A DNA stretch of 64,000 nt from Lama glama (GCA_028534125.1 CM052818.1:26166001-26230000); one strand, 5' to 3'; counted from the first letter of the stretch, positions 26,170 to 39,825 are shown. The notes: generated by a model from the letters alone, not told the origin. Program-made: numbers and translations.

Positions 26170-26345
26170 TGGGGGGCTAATCTGCCTACTCCCTGCTTCT
26201 GTAAATAAAGTTTTATTGGAAGACAGCCATACCCACATTGTCTATGGCTGCTTTCAAGCTACAAGACAGAGCTAAATAGTTGAGGCAGAATTCATATGGT
26301 CCTCAGAGCCTAAAATTCTTATAGAAAAAGTTTGCCAACCCCTCT
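26170..26345. mobile_element. MER58-like MITE
   Basis: gtaaataaagttttattggaagacagccatacc...agaaaaagtttgccaacccct. Confidence 0.7.
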
Positions 26346-27229
26346 TCTACTGCACTGGATACATTTGATCATTTCCATATTATTGACAAAATAACTTTTT
26401 TTTTTTAGAATTTAGACAGTGCAAAGTGTCTTCCTATAGCATCTCATTTTAGACTTAAGTCAACATGAGACATGTATTATTGACCACATTTTAAGATGAA
26501 TAAATTCAGGTTTGGAGAAGTGAAATTACACAGCGAGTAAAAAGCTGAACCAGAACTCATACTTGGGTTAGAATGACTCTAAAACCTGTGGCCTTCACCA
26601 CAGATCTAGAAACCTTGTCTTCTTGGTTTCTTTGACATCTTTCTCCTATGGTTTCTTTCCCACCTCTCTGCTCAGCCTTCAGTCCACCTTTGGAGGCTCA
26701 TCCCCTGCCATCCACTCCCACAATACTGGTTCCACCCTCTGCTTTCTTCCCACGTTCCACGTTCTGCCTGAGCACCGTCACCCATTCCTACAGCATTCAG
26801 CTTCACACACACACACACTGATGGACGCCCAGCACAGGAACACCTTTCCCCAAAGAAATGCTGCTCCTGGCCCTTCAGCACTTCCTTTCATAGGGCAACT
26901 GCTCCTGCTGGCAGTGGATTCCACCTCTTAGCAAGTTCTTCCCTGGAGGGGTCAGCGTCTGGCTCTAGGATGCAGGGGTACTTGGCACTTACCGTTTGTT
27001 CTTGGCCTTTGGAGCTCTGGTTAAAACAGACTGAGCGCGTCGCTCTTTAACATTCTATTACTTTTTTTTTTTAAATATATTTTACTTGTGAGACTTTGTT
27101 TTATGCCCTGCTGTATCTTGAGAAACTATACAGTGCCTACCACAGAGAAGGCACTCTCATCGAATAAAGGGGACTTCAACTGTTAGTGTTACCCTTCATT
27201 TATTTATTTTTTGTTCTTTAAAGAAACTC

Positions 27230-27960
27230 ATAGAAGAGAAGAACTAAATGGCAAATAAACTATGAAAAGATGCCCAGTCTTATTAGTGCTCAGGAAAACA
27301 CGAACTGAAATAGTGATTAGTTACCATGTCATCTCCATCAGCTTGGCTAAAATTAAAAAATCTAACAATAGAAGAATTTGTATGGAAAAATAAGAATTCT
27401 CATTCACTGCTTATAGGATTGTAAGTTGGTTCACTCTGAGGAATAATTTAGTAACAGATAATAACAACATATTTAGTCTACAACTCAGCAATTCCACTTC
27501 TAAGCATATACTTTCAAATTATTCCACATGTGCCTAAGGAATTGTGAAGAAAAATGTTCAATAAAGCATTGTTTATAAGAGCAAAACAAAATGGTGATCT
27601 AAATATCTATCAATAGGGAAATAAATTAAGGCCCGTATTCATACTATGGGATGCAACATAGCAAGTGAAAATAATGAAATAAGTTTACCTATATCAGTAT
27701 GGAAAAATCTCCCAACAATTTGATGCAAAAGCAAGTTACAAAATGTTATGTACCATACAATGCCATTTATGTAAATTTTGAGAACCAAAGACCATTTATT
27801 CACTGCTTATATAAACAAAGCACACGAGGAGAAGCATTAAAACTTTCAAAGGAAGAATGCACACCAACTTCAAGATAATGGCTACCTCTGAGAGAAGGAG
27901 TACAAAGACAATTTCAATTATACGTATAATGTTACTAAAAAAAAGATCTGAAACAAAAAT
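27230..27960 (+). mobile_element. L1ME-like 3' fragment
   Basis: aaatggcaaataaactatgaaaagatg...cagcaattccacttctaagcatata... Confidence 0.7.
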
Positions 27961-30377
27961 AAATTTTTTTTGCAAATTTTTACTTTTACAACATGAAAGA
28001 ACACAGAATCATCACATAATGAATATCTGAATTTCTCTTTCTCTCATGGCCTTGAAAAACTGAAGTTCAACACTAAAACTGACTTGGCAGAAATAAATAG
28101 TGATAAAAACAAAAATGTAAATGAACAAAAAGCAAAGTCTACCTTTTGGCTCATGATAATGAAAGTTTAAGAAGTTTTAAATAAAACCTCAAAAACCTGT
28201 ATCTTTCTGTGGTCTCACTTTCAGAGCATCTTCTGTTATTTATAAATATCATCTAAGGCACTAGATATGATGGTGTGGGTTATACTGGTGCTCTTTGGGA
28301 GTAGATTTCTGGGGTTTATTTTTCTTTTCAAATAATCAGTACAGTGTCTGTTGCTGCTATCTGAAGGCATCATGTGAATTTAACACTAAAATGAAAATGC
28401 CTATGTCAAGAAAAAAAAGCAAGAAAGCCCATAAGGTCACTATGCAACCCTGATTCACCTAACAGAACTGTCATATATTCTTCCTAAAGCCCAGATGAAA
28501 TGGAGAACAATGAATTTTATTATGGGGTATTACTTTAACCTAAACTAAAATAAGATTAAACTTTTGAAAGAGAGGTTTCTAAAGCTTTACATAACATTGC
28601 GATTTAAATAACACTTTTTAAACTCATAGTTTGATAGAGCAATACAGGTAAAAGGTTGACAGAGGGAAGAAAAGTGGGCAGCTTAATTAAAAAAGAAAAT
28701 GAACTAAAAAGTTTTCAGAAATAAGGAAAGAGTTAAACATAAACTGAAAACATTAGTGTGAACTAGTGATTTTAAAAATATTTTAAACTATTTTTCTTTA
28801 ACCTGTCCCTAAAGGGGCCAAAACAGCCTCTGGTATCATCCTGAAACTATTTCTCACTGAAAGGAACCAATGCTGCCAAGACGGCAGCTGATTCCAAGCA
28901 TTGGAACAGCAGTAAAAACAAACTCAGTCAAAACATACTACTAAGAAGCAAAGATGCTTTGCAAGATGTTCATGCTAGTGCTAAGAAGGGAAAGGAAGAA
29001 ACTTGGTAGACCCTCTGATGGCCACGTCAGTGAGATTTTGAGCCTTAGTCATCATCACCTCCACAACAAATTAAATGAAATTAGCTGAGTCCAAAAAAGG
29101 CTTCAATCCATAAGTCTATGATGATACTGAGAGAGGCACGCAGAAGATTCTAATAGTGTTCACAAAAAAAGCATTCTACTGATCTACTCACTCAAGTTTT
29201 TGTCAATAGCTAAGGATACAATTAGATTTTTTCCTTTTCTTGTGTAAAACTAATAGTATCAGCAAATTGTGACTGACGTCTATTTTACTAAAAGAAACCA
29301 AAATCTCTAGGTGGCTCTTGCAAAGGATACATTTCATGGAACATGTAATTAATTGTCATTTGCTGTTTTAATTTTGCTATCAAGGACATCATTTGTCAAG
29401 GATGCAATCCGTCTTAAATGTGGTAATAAGACTATGGCTGTACCTCACCATGACCAGTTATTTCTGTCCCATGGGAGGTTATAAAAGAACAAGCAATCTA
29501 AAATTTGTACAAATATACTTTACAAAACCCTGTTTTCAAAAAACATTTTACTTATTTAAAAAGTTTGTTTCTAGGTGTTTATCTAGGAAGATGCATTAGC
29601 TCTTTCTGTATCTTATTCTTTTCAAAACAAATTCTTTGCTTGTTTTGTTTATTTTTCTAAAGTAGCGCTAAGTAGGAAGCAGTTTCCCTCCCTCTAGTTA
29701 AGTGCCATTCACTGTAATCTGGTCTGCCTTTAGGGCTCTATTACATTTACTGTAGTACTCTTGCTAACAAAGGCACTCAGAATCAAGCAAGAGGAGGGGA
29801 TGTCTCACTTGACATCAATCTTAATTAACGTTTTGATATGTCTAGTTTTTCTTCTTAGAGGTATGTGACTATTATTTATAAATTTCACAAATCCTTCTTG
29901 AACCCACTTAAACAATGTACACCTAAACCATTACTTGAAGTTAATTAAGTCCCACAATTATCTTCTTTTTATTTGCCCTAAACTTATCAAAGGTTGCCTG
30001 TCTTTCTAGAATATTAGAATTTCTTGAGCAAGCCTATGCTCAGCTTAACCAGGGTCTTTTTAGATTAAGGGCCATTGATGCTTTTGGCCTAAACTCCTTT
30101 ACCAGGGCTGCCATCTCTCCTCTCACTCTAGTGGATCTTCTCTGGATAGTCTTTTCTTAAAAATTAAAAAAATTTTAAAATTAGTTCCATTATGTGCTTT
30201 CTAAGATGTGGCTACCACAAATGCCCACAGAACTACTGATGAGGAAACACCACAGATTCAGGTACCATAAATTAGGTAAGATAACCATTGGTTTGTCTTC
30301 AGTAACTCTCACTGATGCTCAATGTTACACTCAGATTTTTATCTTTACTAGAGTACTAAGCTGCTGTTCTCTACACC

Positions 30378-30921
30378 TGTAATAGAATAGGCAAGAACAA
30401 ATCTGACTCCATATTAGATCTATTCCTTTAGGTCTAACCCTGTGCTCTGTTTTCTGTGCTTAGCCATGCTACTTCCGTACCTTTCATAAAAGAATGCTGC
30501 CTAGAGCCTGAAATATTCTGGATAGCCCATTCTCAAGGCGCCAACCTTTAAGAGTATAACATTTTTCCACTCCTATAGAGATAAAAATTTGCAGGACAGA
30601 GAATACCATTCGTCTTGTTGGAAGTTTACAGTAACATCATGACCTGACCTACGTGGACAGCTGCAAGAACAAAGGATTCCAAGCATTCCAACACCAAGAG
30701 ATTTGCAACAATCAACCACCCGCTCTCCTTTTTAGTATAAAAGGACCCTGAATTCTGACTCGGGAAGATGGTTCTCTAGGACATTAGTTCCCCATCTGCA
30801 CAGTCTGCTGGTTTTCCTAATAAAGTTGTTATTCTTTGCCCCAACACCTCATCTCCTGATTTACTGGCCTGTTGTGCAGTGAGGAGAACAAGTTTCGACT
30901 CAGTAAAAATAATAATTAACA
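30378..30921 (+). mobile_element. Solo ERV1-type LTR with a 4-bp TSD (CACC)
   Basis: TG...CA ends, TATAAAA 30736-30742, AATAAA 30819-30824, CACC at 30374-30377 and 30922-30925. Confidence 0.75.
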
Positions 30922-31574
30922 CACCCCTTTTCTGAGTTATGGTTCTGAACTATTTAGAACTATTTTAGGTTCCTTTTAAACATTTCACTGACTATTTTAA
31001 AACTAGTCCAAAACTTTTTTGTTGTTCAGGAACACCAAATTTTTAAGAGCTTCTTATCATCTAGATCTGGCATCTGTGACTCCTCTCTCTGAAGAGATCT
31101 TTCACATAGCATCTTTATATGACTAAGTAATTCCAGTTCTAGCATTGATCTCAGAGACCTGATCAACCTATGGAATCACCCTTTAATCTCTGCCCTTTGT
31201 TTCCTTTCTCCAGATCCCTTCTCCCAATTCTTTAGTTACTTAGCAGATCACTCGTTAATTCAAGAAATAGTTACTGGCATCTACTCTGTGGTAGACACAA
31301 GAATAGGTGTTAGGACCACAATGAAGAAAACATAGGGTCCCTGCCCTAAAGAATTTCACGTTACATTATATTCACTAATGCATCTTTATTTATTTGCCTA
31401 TTTTACTCCTTAAAAACACTAGTCAGGCACAATTCATTTTTTTTATAAATCATTTGTTTTTCCCTAAAAGAATATTATTTTTGTTCTTGTTTTTAAAATT
31501 CAATGAATTACTCCATGCAAGGATGAAACAAAATCACTTGTACATCCTCAAAGCTTTTTGGGTCTGCACTGCCT

Positions 31575-31775
31575 AAGGCAGCAGCCACTAGTCCCATATG
31601 GCTACTTAATTTTAAATTAATCACAATGAAATGAAATTAAAAATTCTGTTCCTCAATTGCACAAGCCACATTTCAAGTGCTTAAGAGTCACATGTGGCTA
31701 GTGGCTACCATATTGGGCAGCACCAATTAGACCATTTTCATCATCACAGAGAGTTTTATTAGCACTTACTGGACA
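31575..31775. mobile_element. MER3/MER33-like hAT-Charlie relic
   Basis: gcagccactag...gccacatttcaagtgc...cacatgtggctagtggctaccatattgg. Confidence 0.7.
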
Positions 31776-32086
31776 GTTATATACGGAGTCACAGAGTGGC
31801 CACATGTAAGTTACACATTTTGGCAAACAAATCACTGTCTTCTTCAATATTCACATGATGCCACCTAGCACTGGTAAGTTACTAATAATTCTTTTTGGTA
31901 TTGAGGTCTAAACTATCTTAAAAGCCGACCTCTATTAAGTATGGTTTAAATTGTAACATAAGCCAAAATAATGACTCCTTCTTAGTAGCAGAATATGACT
32001 GGGAATGCATAATCAAAGTGCCTTCGTAACAGCACTAACACAAGCAACGATCAATTCCACATGGTAAACATATTAAAGAAACTTAC

Positions 32087-32538
32087 CCTCCTTCACTTTC
32101 TGCTTCCTCTGAACTATTACTTGTTGCTGAACTTTGAACTGTGGCAAGCCTTCTTTTTCTAGCTCTGTGCTGAGGACTTATCTTATGAACAGTTATCTTC
32201 CCTCCAAGTTCACCTTGTATATATTCCTCCAGCTTTGGAATGGCTTCTTTAAGAACCCTGATTTCCTCTTTGAGTTCTTCCATATTTGTCAGTAATTCAT
32301 TTAACTTCTCCAATATCTGAAGCTGCCTTCCTTGAAAGGCTGCTGCTGTTCCTTGACCAATATGGATTTCATCTTGCGAAGTCATCGAATTAAATGGATT
32401 ACTCAGAGAAAGGAATTTAGGTAAATCCATTGCTGTTCTCGGTTTGCGAACCTTGTGGAACCACAAGAGAAGCAAGCTGATTCCAGTAGTTCCTACCACG
32501 ATGCCAAGTATCATTTCTTTGTTTTTGGAAAGAGGCAT
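32087..32538 (-). CDS. RMDN2: RMDN2 first coding exon (exon 2): MPLSKNKEMILGIVVGTTGISLLLLWFHKV...SEEAESEG(G); TM anchor plus coiled coil
   Basis: ATG at 32538. The acceptor ttttAG puts the exon start at 32554 (16 nt of 5' UTR). Donor AGG|GTAAGT at 32086. 452 coding nt, and phase 2 matches exon 3. Confidence 0.96.
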
Positions 32539-33799
32539 TTCTTGGTTTCTGTTTCTAAAATTAAAAGTATAAATGTAAATGAACATTGTTTCTGTCTTTG
32601 CCCAAGACAAAAATATTAGAGCTTTCTCAATCAAGAAAAACCAAGTCTATATCACCACACAAAAAAATTTAAAAACACTCAATAAATCACAAACTAAAAT
32701 AAATTACAAACAATTGCCTCTATAATGTATGTGGCCAAATAGAAATATTACCTTTAAGGATGTGACTGACAACCTTAAATTAAAGTATCAACTTTAATCA
32801 GAATTTGTATTCTACAATACTGATCTGAAATTTACTCTTTGCCACATATCTTTAAAGAGTGTGATAAAGGTAAAAGCATCATTATAAATTTCTACAAAAA
32901 AAAACTATTTAAGAATTCTAATTATGCTTAATTGTGTTTGAATCTTTTATTTGTATAAAATTAACTCGTGTGTTGATGTCTGGTTTTATCTAATCTTTAA
33001 GGAAACCCCCCAATAAAAGCTCTTCCTTAGCATCTAGTTCAAATTTTGTACTTCAATTTAGAGTGATAAATAACATTCTAAAACAGGCTCTGAGATATAA
33101 AATATACAGAGAGTTTTGGCAAGTTTGTAACCCATCCCATTTGTTTTATTCAACATGGAAGGCAGAAATGTTAATATGCTACTTTCTTTTTCAGACCCAG
33201 AATTCTTCTGCTCCTTACATTTCTACTTCTGTCTGAGGGCTTAATGTTTTTATTTTCTTTCAAATTTTCACTTATTTTTAAAGTAACAAAAAGTCATTTC
33301 TTTGATCGTTTTCTCCTGAACTTTCACCTTTTTTGCATTCAAGACTAAGCTTTGGCCCACCTAATTCCATATGAACTCAGCTACTTTGACTAAATGCACC
33401 ATAATCTTTCTTTAGTATGTTCTCTCTTCACTTGTTTTATTGCTTATCTCTGTTTCTAAAGTCAGAATACCACAAAACGAAAACAATATAAATCCCCCTT
33501 TCCTTCTGAGACTTTAAAATGGCAATAATCATACTAGTACAATGATAAACTTTAGTAATTAGAGTAAAATACAGTAAGACTTTTATATAGACTTTGAAGT
33601 TTCCAAAATTGTTTTCCCATCAATTTCCCCTATTTTATAAATAGGTAAACATTTGTATTAAATTTTGTTTGCAACTTGAAAGTTACAAACAATATAAACT
33701 GTCCTTATAGAAATTAAATTTGCAATTTTTTGTTTGTTTTTCCTCAGTTTCTCAAGGAGCAGATTACTAGAGCACTTGATATCTTTGATCCTTGATAAA

Positions 33800-34720
33800 A
33801 AGGAAACAAATAGAGTGTTTTGATCTCCCCACGTTTCCAATTGGAGGCAATTTCTGGACTATAGCACAGGGAAGGGAAGACCAAACAGAGCCTGATAGTC
33901 TCACTGAGTTAACAGAGATCAGAGTTCAGAGAAACTGAAGCATCTAGAATTTGTGCAGCTTAATACTGAAAATGAGAAGGTATGCAGACAAAGAGCTCCA
34001 GAAATAGGGGTCTTCTTGAATCTTTAAATTGAATACCAGTCTGCACATGCATAGAGTGGAACTCCATTAAGCCAGGCAAAAAACAAATGCTGACAGAAAA
34101 TGTCAATTTGCATTTCTATACAAAGTAAAATAATGTTCAAAAGTGAAGATAAAGGCTTTTTTAAACAAAGAAAAGTTGAGAGACTCCATTACCAGTAGCC
34201 ATTCACTACAAGAAATGCTAACAGAGGTTCTTCAGGCAGAAGGAAAATTTTAACAGAAACTTGTATCTATAGAAGGATGAAGAGCACCAGTAGTGGCAAA
34301 TATGTGGCTAAATATAAGATTCATTTTTCTCATTTTAAGATTTATTCATAAAATATTTGCTTATTACAACAAAAATTATAATAACATATCATGGGGTTTA
34401 TATCATATATAGAAGTAAAAAAGTAGGACAACAATAGCCCACAGGGTGGGAAGGGAAAAACAGAACATACTGTTGTGAGGGTCTCAGGTTATAAAGTAGT
34501 GTTACAATAAGTTAAAGATCCACAGTTGTAAACCCAAGGGCAACTGCTCAAAAAAACAAAAACAGTAATTTAAAAAATATTCCACAAAAGTATGAAAGAG
34601 CCAATAGTGGAAATAAAAATGGAATACTGAAGATTTTCAATTAGTCCAAAAGAAGTCAGGAAAGGGGAAAAAGAACAAATAGGCAAACAGAAAACAAGGA
34701 GAAAAGAAATTGCCATGACT
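33800..34720 (+). mobile_element. Old L1M 5'/ORF1-end fragments
   Basis: actacaagaaatgctaacagaggttcttcaggcagaaggaaaa and the inter-ORF motifs that follow. Confidence 0.55.
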
Positions 34721-35877
34721 ATATAGGAAAACACTGGTAAAAGATGGAGAAATCACATTATTTCTGTTTGCCCATGGCAAAGATTCAATTTTTTAAGGAA
34801 GATTAAATTAATGAAAGTAAAAGAAAGATTAGAGAATCACTGTAATAAACATGAGAAGCCAAAGAGGATGGATAATCTCCAGTGCACTAGTACAGAGGCT
34901 GACCTTTGATGGAAACAAACCATTCATTCACAGGCATGAAAGAAAAGGCAGATTATGTAAGCAGATTCAGGAAGGTGGGACGTGATGGTGGGACGTGATG
35001 GTGGGAGTTTATGAAGTTCTCTTTGATTGCTTCATTATTCTAAGTGAAATGGGAAACAAAATAAACAGCTGAGAGTGAGAATGGGGAACAGAGTATTGTG
35101 AAGATGCAAGTTCTGAATTCAGTTGTGTATATGAAATTAGCCTTCCTTTGGTTTATATTCTATGATCCCATAAACTCAAGCAAAGCATTTTTTTATCCTC
35201 TAAATGGCCAAATAAACATGATGTTTCAAATGAAGTACTAAGAGAAAGAATAAGAAGCAAGCATCTACTTCTAAGAAATCTGTCTAAAAGAATGTCTCTA
35301 TTTAGAGTCCTCAGGAATACACTAGACTATATGCATTGAACACAGGGAGTATTCTATTTGGATGTCCTATTTCATTACTGCTCTAAGTAAAAAAAGAAGA
35401 ACTAATGGTTTTAAAAGAATCTTCCAGAAACTACCTCAGGTGTTGGTGAATATTAGATACAAGAGACTTAGGAATCCCTATTCCTAAAGCCAAGAGTTTC
35501 AGTAGAAAACCTGTGTGTTTAATCTGGCCTACCTGACAGCAGGATAGTTTACCTGAAACTATTTTTTTAAGTAAAAAGTATTTTTACCTAATTGGTATAA
35601 GTTTGAACTCTTAAGTGTAACCATCTGTCCACTCCCATCCCACCCAGAAGACCTGCCAGGAGGAGATCCAGATCAATTTGTAACTTCAGCTGAAGTTGGA
35701 GGTAATTATTATTAGCTGTTAAATTTTATTTCCACAAAAAATTATATCACAAAACTAAATTATTTTGAAAAATCATTACAAAAAGGCAACAGATATAAGA
35801 AAACATTTGTATCACATCTAATAATCATGCATCAAGCTTGATCATCTTGGCTCTTCTTTGTCAATACAAAATTGATA

Positions 35878-36020
35878 CAAGAGAGAACTATATTCAATAC
35901 CTTGTAATAGCCTATAATGAAAAAGGGAATATACATATATATATATGTACAACTGAATCACCATGCTGCACACGAGAAATTAACACACTGTAAATCAACT
36001 ATACTTCAATTAAAAAAAAT
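35878..36020 (+). mobile_element. Short L1 3' end
   Basis: aactatattcaataccttgtaatagcctataatgaaaaa...taaatcaactatacttcaattaaaaaaa. Confidence 0.7.
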
Positions 36021-37906
36021 TAATGCAGGATGTTCACACGCTGATCTTGAGGTCCATTAAAATCTTATTCTGATTGCTTTCTTGGCTCATTCCTGCAGGG
36101 CCTGCTTGGAACTTTACATTAAAACACATGGCCTAGTTTGAAACTTCTGTCATTTAATAAATAAATAAATGGAAGTCAAAATTTACTTAGGGAGATCTTA
36201 CCCCTGGGATGGTACCAGGTTTAAACAGGTGAGAAAGACAAGAGTATTAATTTTGTTTGACCCTTTCTTTAGGAATTATACCAATCCCAAATTATCTCTT
36301 TCAGGCAGGTCCTTTTATTATCTCTATCTGAGACACGTAGCTGTCAAGTCATTTACCCAGGAGTTACCCAACTAGGAATAAGAACTGTTACCCTTGACAA
36401 GTCCTGGATGCACTGCAGTATGATGAAGATTCAGAAAGCAGCAACAAGGACATGAAAGAGAATGCTGACTGGGCAAAGATGTTCAGAGCTGAAATACGAC
36501 TTCAGAACTATGAAAATCAACTTGGAAAAAAACTAGAATCAATGGAGTAGGCACTGGTTTTCAATAACCACAATTAGAGAATAATAGCTCAAGCTGTTTG
36601 AGTTTTATATCAGTATAAAATGAATGTGCTCCTAAGCCAATAATTTGAAAAATGCTACTCATTAAAAAATAGTAATATAGAAAGGTAATGTCAGAACACT
36701 TGCTTGCCTGCAGTATAATTTCAAAAGTTATACTGCATCATTTATATAACTTTAATACGTTTAATTATCACATTAGTAGTATACACTTACACTTTGGTGT
36801 AAAAATACAGCAATTAAAAAATGTATTGACTAGATAATCAGATGCTAAGTATTATTCCTGTTACAAGTTTCAATTTGTAAGGTACTAATCATACCAATGT
36901 AAAATAATAGATATTATTTTATTATATATTATTAGCATCTAAAATTAATATGTAATACAAAGTAAAGGTTATTTGCAGAGATGAGAATCAAGAATTCTTC
37001 TGAAATGATAAATCACCAAAATGTTGCCTCTGCATAAATTCCTACGTTAAAATTCCTTTGTAGGAACTGTCATAAAAAATTAACTTCAGAAAACACTTAA
37101 CTTTCATGTCCTAGTTTTAATTAAAATTTATCTTTAGACATGGAAATTATGCTTTACCAAGTTACAAAGCTTTCAGCAACATCTAGCATATATATTCACT
37201 TACTTAGCAGATTCGTAGGGGGAAATACATATACAACTCTGATAAACTCGGGAGACGGATGAAAGTTTTTGCGAGAACGGTACACAGTATGGGTTACGAA
37301 AAAGCCTGAGTTTTAAGTTTCCCAAGGGACTGCTCTGAAACCTTGAATTACCGATTAGATTCCCCACGGCGACCTGGATAATTTGATACTCTCTAAGTGA
37401 ATTCTAACATTCTTATTTCATTTGATTTCCATTATTTTTCTTATTTTGTAATTTCTTTTCACTTAGGACTCCCTGATGTTTGGCTTATTTGCAAATGTTT
37501 GTCGCACTGAAAATCTGGCCTTTCACTTTGTATAAAATAGGTAGAGAATCTGAGTGTGAGCAAAACAAAGCAAAACAAAACGTTTGCTGGAGGATGAACG
37601 CTGAGAAAGACCCAGGGAGCAGAGGTGAGAGGCGAGCAAAAGTCTCCAGCAGAAACTCATCTGGGGTTTGCAAGGACCTGCTGGGGCCGAGGCATCAAGC
37701 TGCCCGCTCCCCAAGCACCCACGCCGGGCGCCCACGTGGAAACACTGACGACCTCCGGGGTTGAAGCTTCCGAGGCGCCAGCTCCGTGAGGCTTGCACGG
37801 GGGAAGCCGCTGCAAACCCGCTCGGCTGCCGGAGAACAAACAGCAGGGCTGGCCTACAGGAGGATGCCCCGCAGGGATACAGCCGCCAGGAGGACACCCG
37901 CACGAC

Positions 37907-37936
37907 CCGGAAGTGCGGTGGCCGTCGCCGGAAGTG
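37907..37936 (+). promoter_or_regulatory. Tandem ETS/GABP-type sites CCGGAAGTG (37907-37915, 37928-37936)
   Basis: Two exact consensus matches with starts 21 bp apart, inside the CpG island. Confidence 0.7.
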
Positions 37937-38019
37937 CCGCCTCAGCATTCAGCCCTCGGCCCCCGGGTCGTGTACTACCCCGGCCCGCCGAGCCGCCCAC
38001 TGCCCGCCTGCGCACGCAC

Positions 38020-38400
38020 CTGTGCTCGCCGCGCCGGCCTCTCTGCCTTCGGAGACTCGGGACCCGCGGGCTAAGGCGTTCGGGAGCGAAGCGGCGGACG
38101 GACAGTAGCCCTCAGCCCGCGGGTCCCGAGGTCCCGCGCTGCGGCAGCCGCGTCCCAACCCAAACAGCAGAGACGCGGGGGGAGGAGCCCGCACCGCTCG
38201 CCCCGCGGCTCCCGCCTCTTCCCGTGGGGCGATCTGCTCACCCGGGGGCTCCCTGCGCGCCTCTGACACACAGGGACAAGTGCGCTCCACCCAGCGCCTC
38301 GGCCCGCGCCGGCCTTTGCTGCCCGGGTGCCGCCTCCCTCAAAGCTCGGCTCCCCGCCCCGACCACCGCGCCCTGGCTCAGGGCCACCGCGCCGGTCCGG
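38020..38400 (-). other. RMDN2: Candidate non-coding first exon(s) of RMDN2; donors CGG|GTGAGC (exon end 38242) and CAG|GTGCGT (exon end 38020)
   Basis: Two good minus-strand donor consensus sites in the CpG island. The TSS cannot be determined from sequence. Confidence 0.5.
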
Positions 38401-39825
38401 CCGGAGACTCGGCGCGCGCTTCCTACCTCCTGCGCGCTTTCTCCCATCACTGGCGCTCCCCAAACCCACCTTCTCCCCTAGTATCACCCTTCTGTGCTCT
38501 TTCTAGGCACAACCTTGAACCCTACGCAGAGTCAAACGCAGACGTCTTGCACGAATTACTAATCAAGTTTTCCTAGCTTCACTTGAATTCACTTTCTCTT
38601 TTAATGAGCTAAATCCCCAACCTTTTCGTCCCGTCAACCCCCACCACCATTCTGAGTTGCCTTTAGGCGGAAACCACTATCTTCTCAGATGCCTAGCGGT
38701 CGCAATTTTACCCAGCTTCACTTTCTGTGGTTTGTATAAGGAAAATAAAATTCTGCCAAATAAACTTAACAAAACTGCATATTCACTCCCTTCTGTGTTG
38801 TCCTCACTCTGAGCTTTAGATTTAGGCTTGCAGAAAACTTAGTCTTGAGCACTAAATTCCCCACCAGTGTACTGAATGGATTAAAAACGGGTGCACTCCT
38901 ATTTATCAAAAAACAAAACCAAAAAAACTCCTTTATAGAGAATCAGAAGGCTAATTTAACAATCTGTACAAAACTATTTACTAATCAAGATTCTATAGGA
39001 TCTTTAAGACAATAAAATGTTCTTTGAGCTTTAAGCAAGCTGCATACAAGAATAAGTAAGCCTAGCCGGGTCATTTAGTAAAATTAAGTTATATTTTGGA
39101 AGACAGCAGAGTAATACTTAGCCTCTAAGATTTGAAACTATAAAGCACTCCCTTCTAAGAACCACTTTTATTCACATTTTGTTGTGGTCTGCAAAGATAA
39201 TACAATATCATGCTAATATTTGATTTATTTACCATAATATAATATAATGTAAACCTGTCTAGCAGGGTGATAATAGGTTTCTTTTTTTATACTGTCTCCA
39301 ATAACACTTAAAGGAAATTTGAAGCACCTTGAGGTTTAAGCTTTTCCAGAAGGAGTCCACTGAGGTGTTCACTGCTGCACCTCCAACACACAGCACAGAA
39401 GAGATCTGCAATAAAAATGTGCTGTGTGGGCTGAGGACAGGGCCTTACCCACCCTCTGCTCCAAAGTGAAGATGTCAGCTGGTACTGACTTGCTCTTCAA
39501 GTTCAGTAAGTGGGCTAAAATGGCTGGATTCTTTCTGCATGTAACTAACACCACTTCTCTTTGATTCTGTTTCTTGACCAGTAAAAACTATCTGAGAGGG
39601 TAGAAACTCACAGCCGTTTATCTTTGGTAGAGTTAAAACTAACAAGCAAAGAGAGGAGCTGTATTTGCCAGGCAATGTAGTCAGAATGACTCGAAAAAGA
39701 AAAAACTGACTCCCCACTACCTCTACTAGGAATATAGTCCAAAAGGAATGTCTGAAGGAAAAAAAAAGAAAGAAAAACCAAAAACAGATAAACCAAGAAA
39801 CCACTAGGAATCTCAAAGTTGCTGT

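Larger units (their letters stand above)
474..38242 (-). other. RMDN2: RMDN2 gene span within the window (3' exons lie beyond the left edge; 5' end approximate)
   Basis: Seven coding exons (452, 175, 103, 61, 76, 78 and 99 nt) with AG/GT borders and compatible phases give one open frame recognisable as RMDN2. A CpG island lies at the 5' end. Confidence 0.95.
37640..38480. promoter_or_regulatory. CpG island / RMDN2 promoter region
   Basis: Abrupt GC- and CpG-rich block in AT-rich surroundings, 5 kb upstream of the first coding exon. GC box ccccgccc at about 38352, E-box CACGTG 37733-37738, two CCGGAAGTG. Confidence 0.9.

Noticed and set aside
32555..32634. N-terminal extension of the 183-aa ORF (MIEKALIFLSW...)
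   Set aside because: It lies upstream of the splice acceptor at 32556-32555, so it is intronic. The terminal TAA of that ORF is part of the GTAAGT donor.
37480..38576. Many overlapping ORFs of 60-231 aa on both strands
   Set aside because: Pro/Arg/Ala/Gly-rich products expected from stop-poor GC-rich CpG-island DNA; no recognisable domain.
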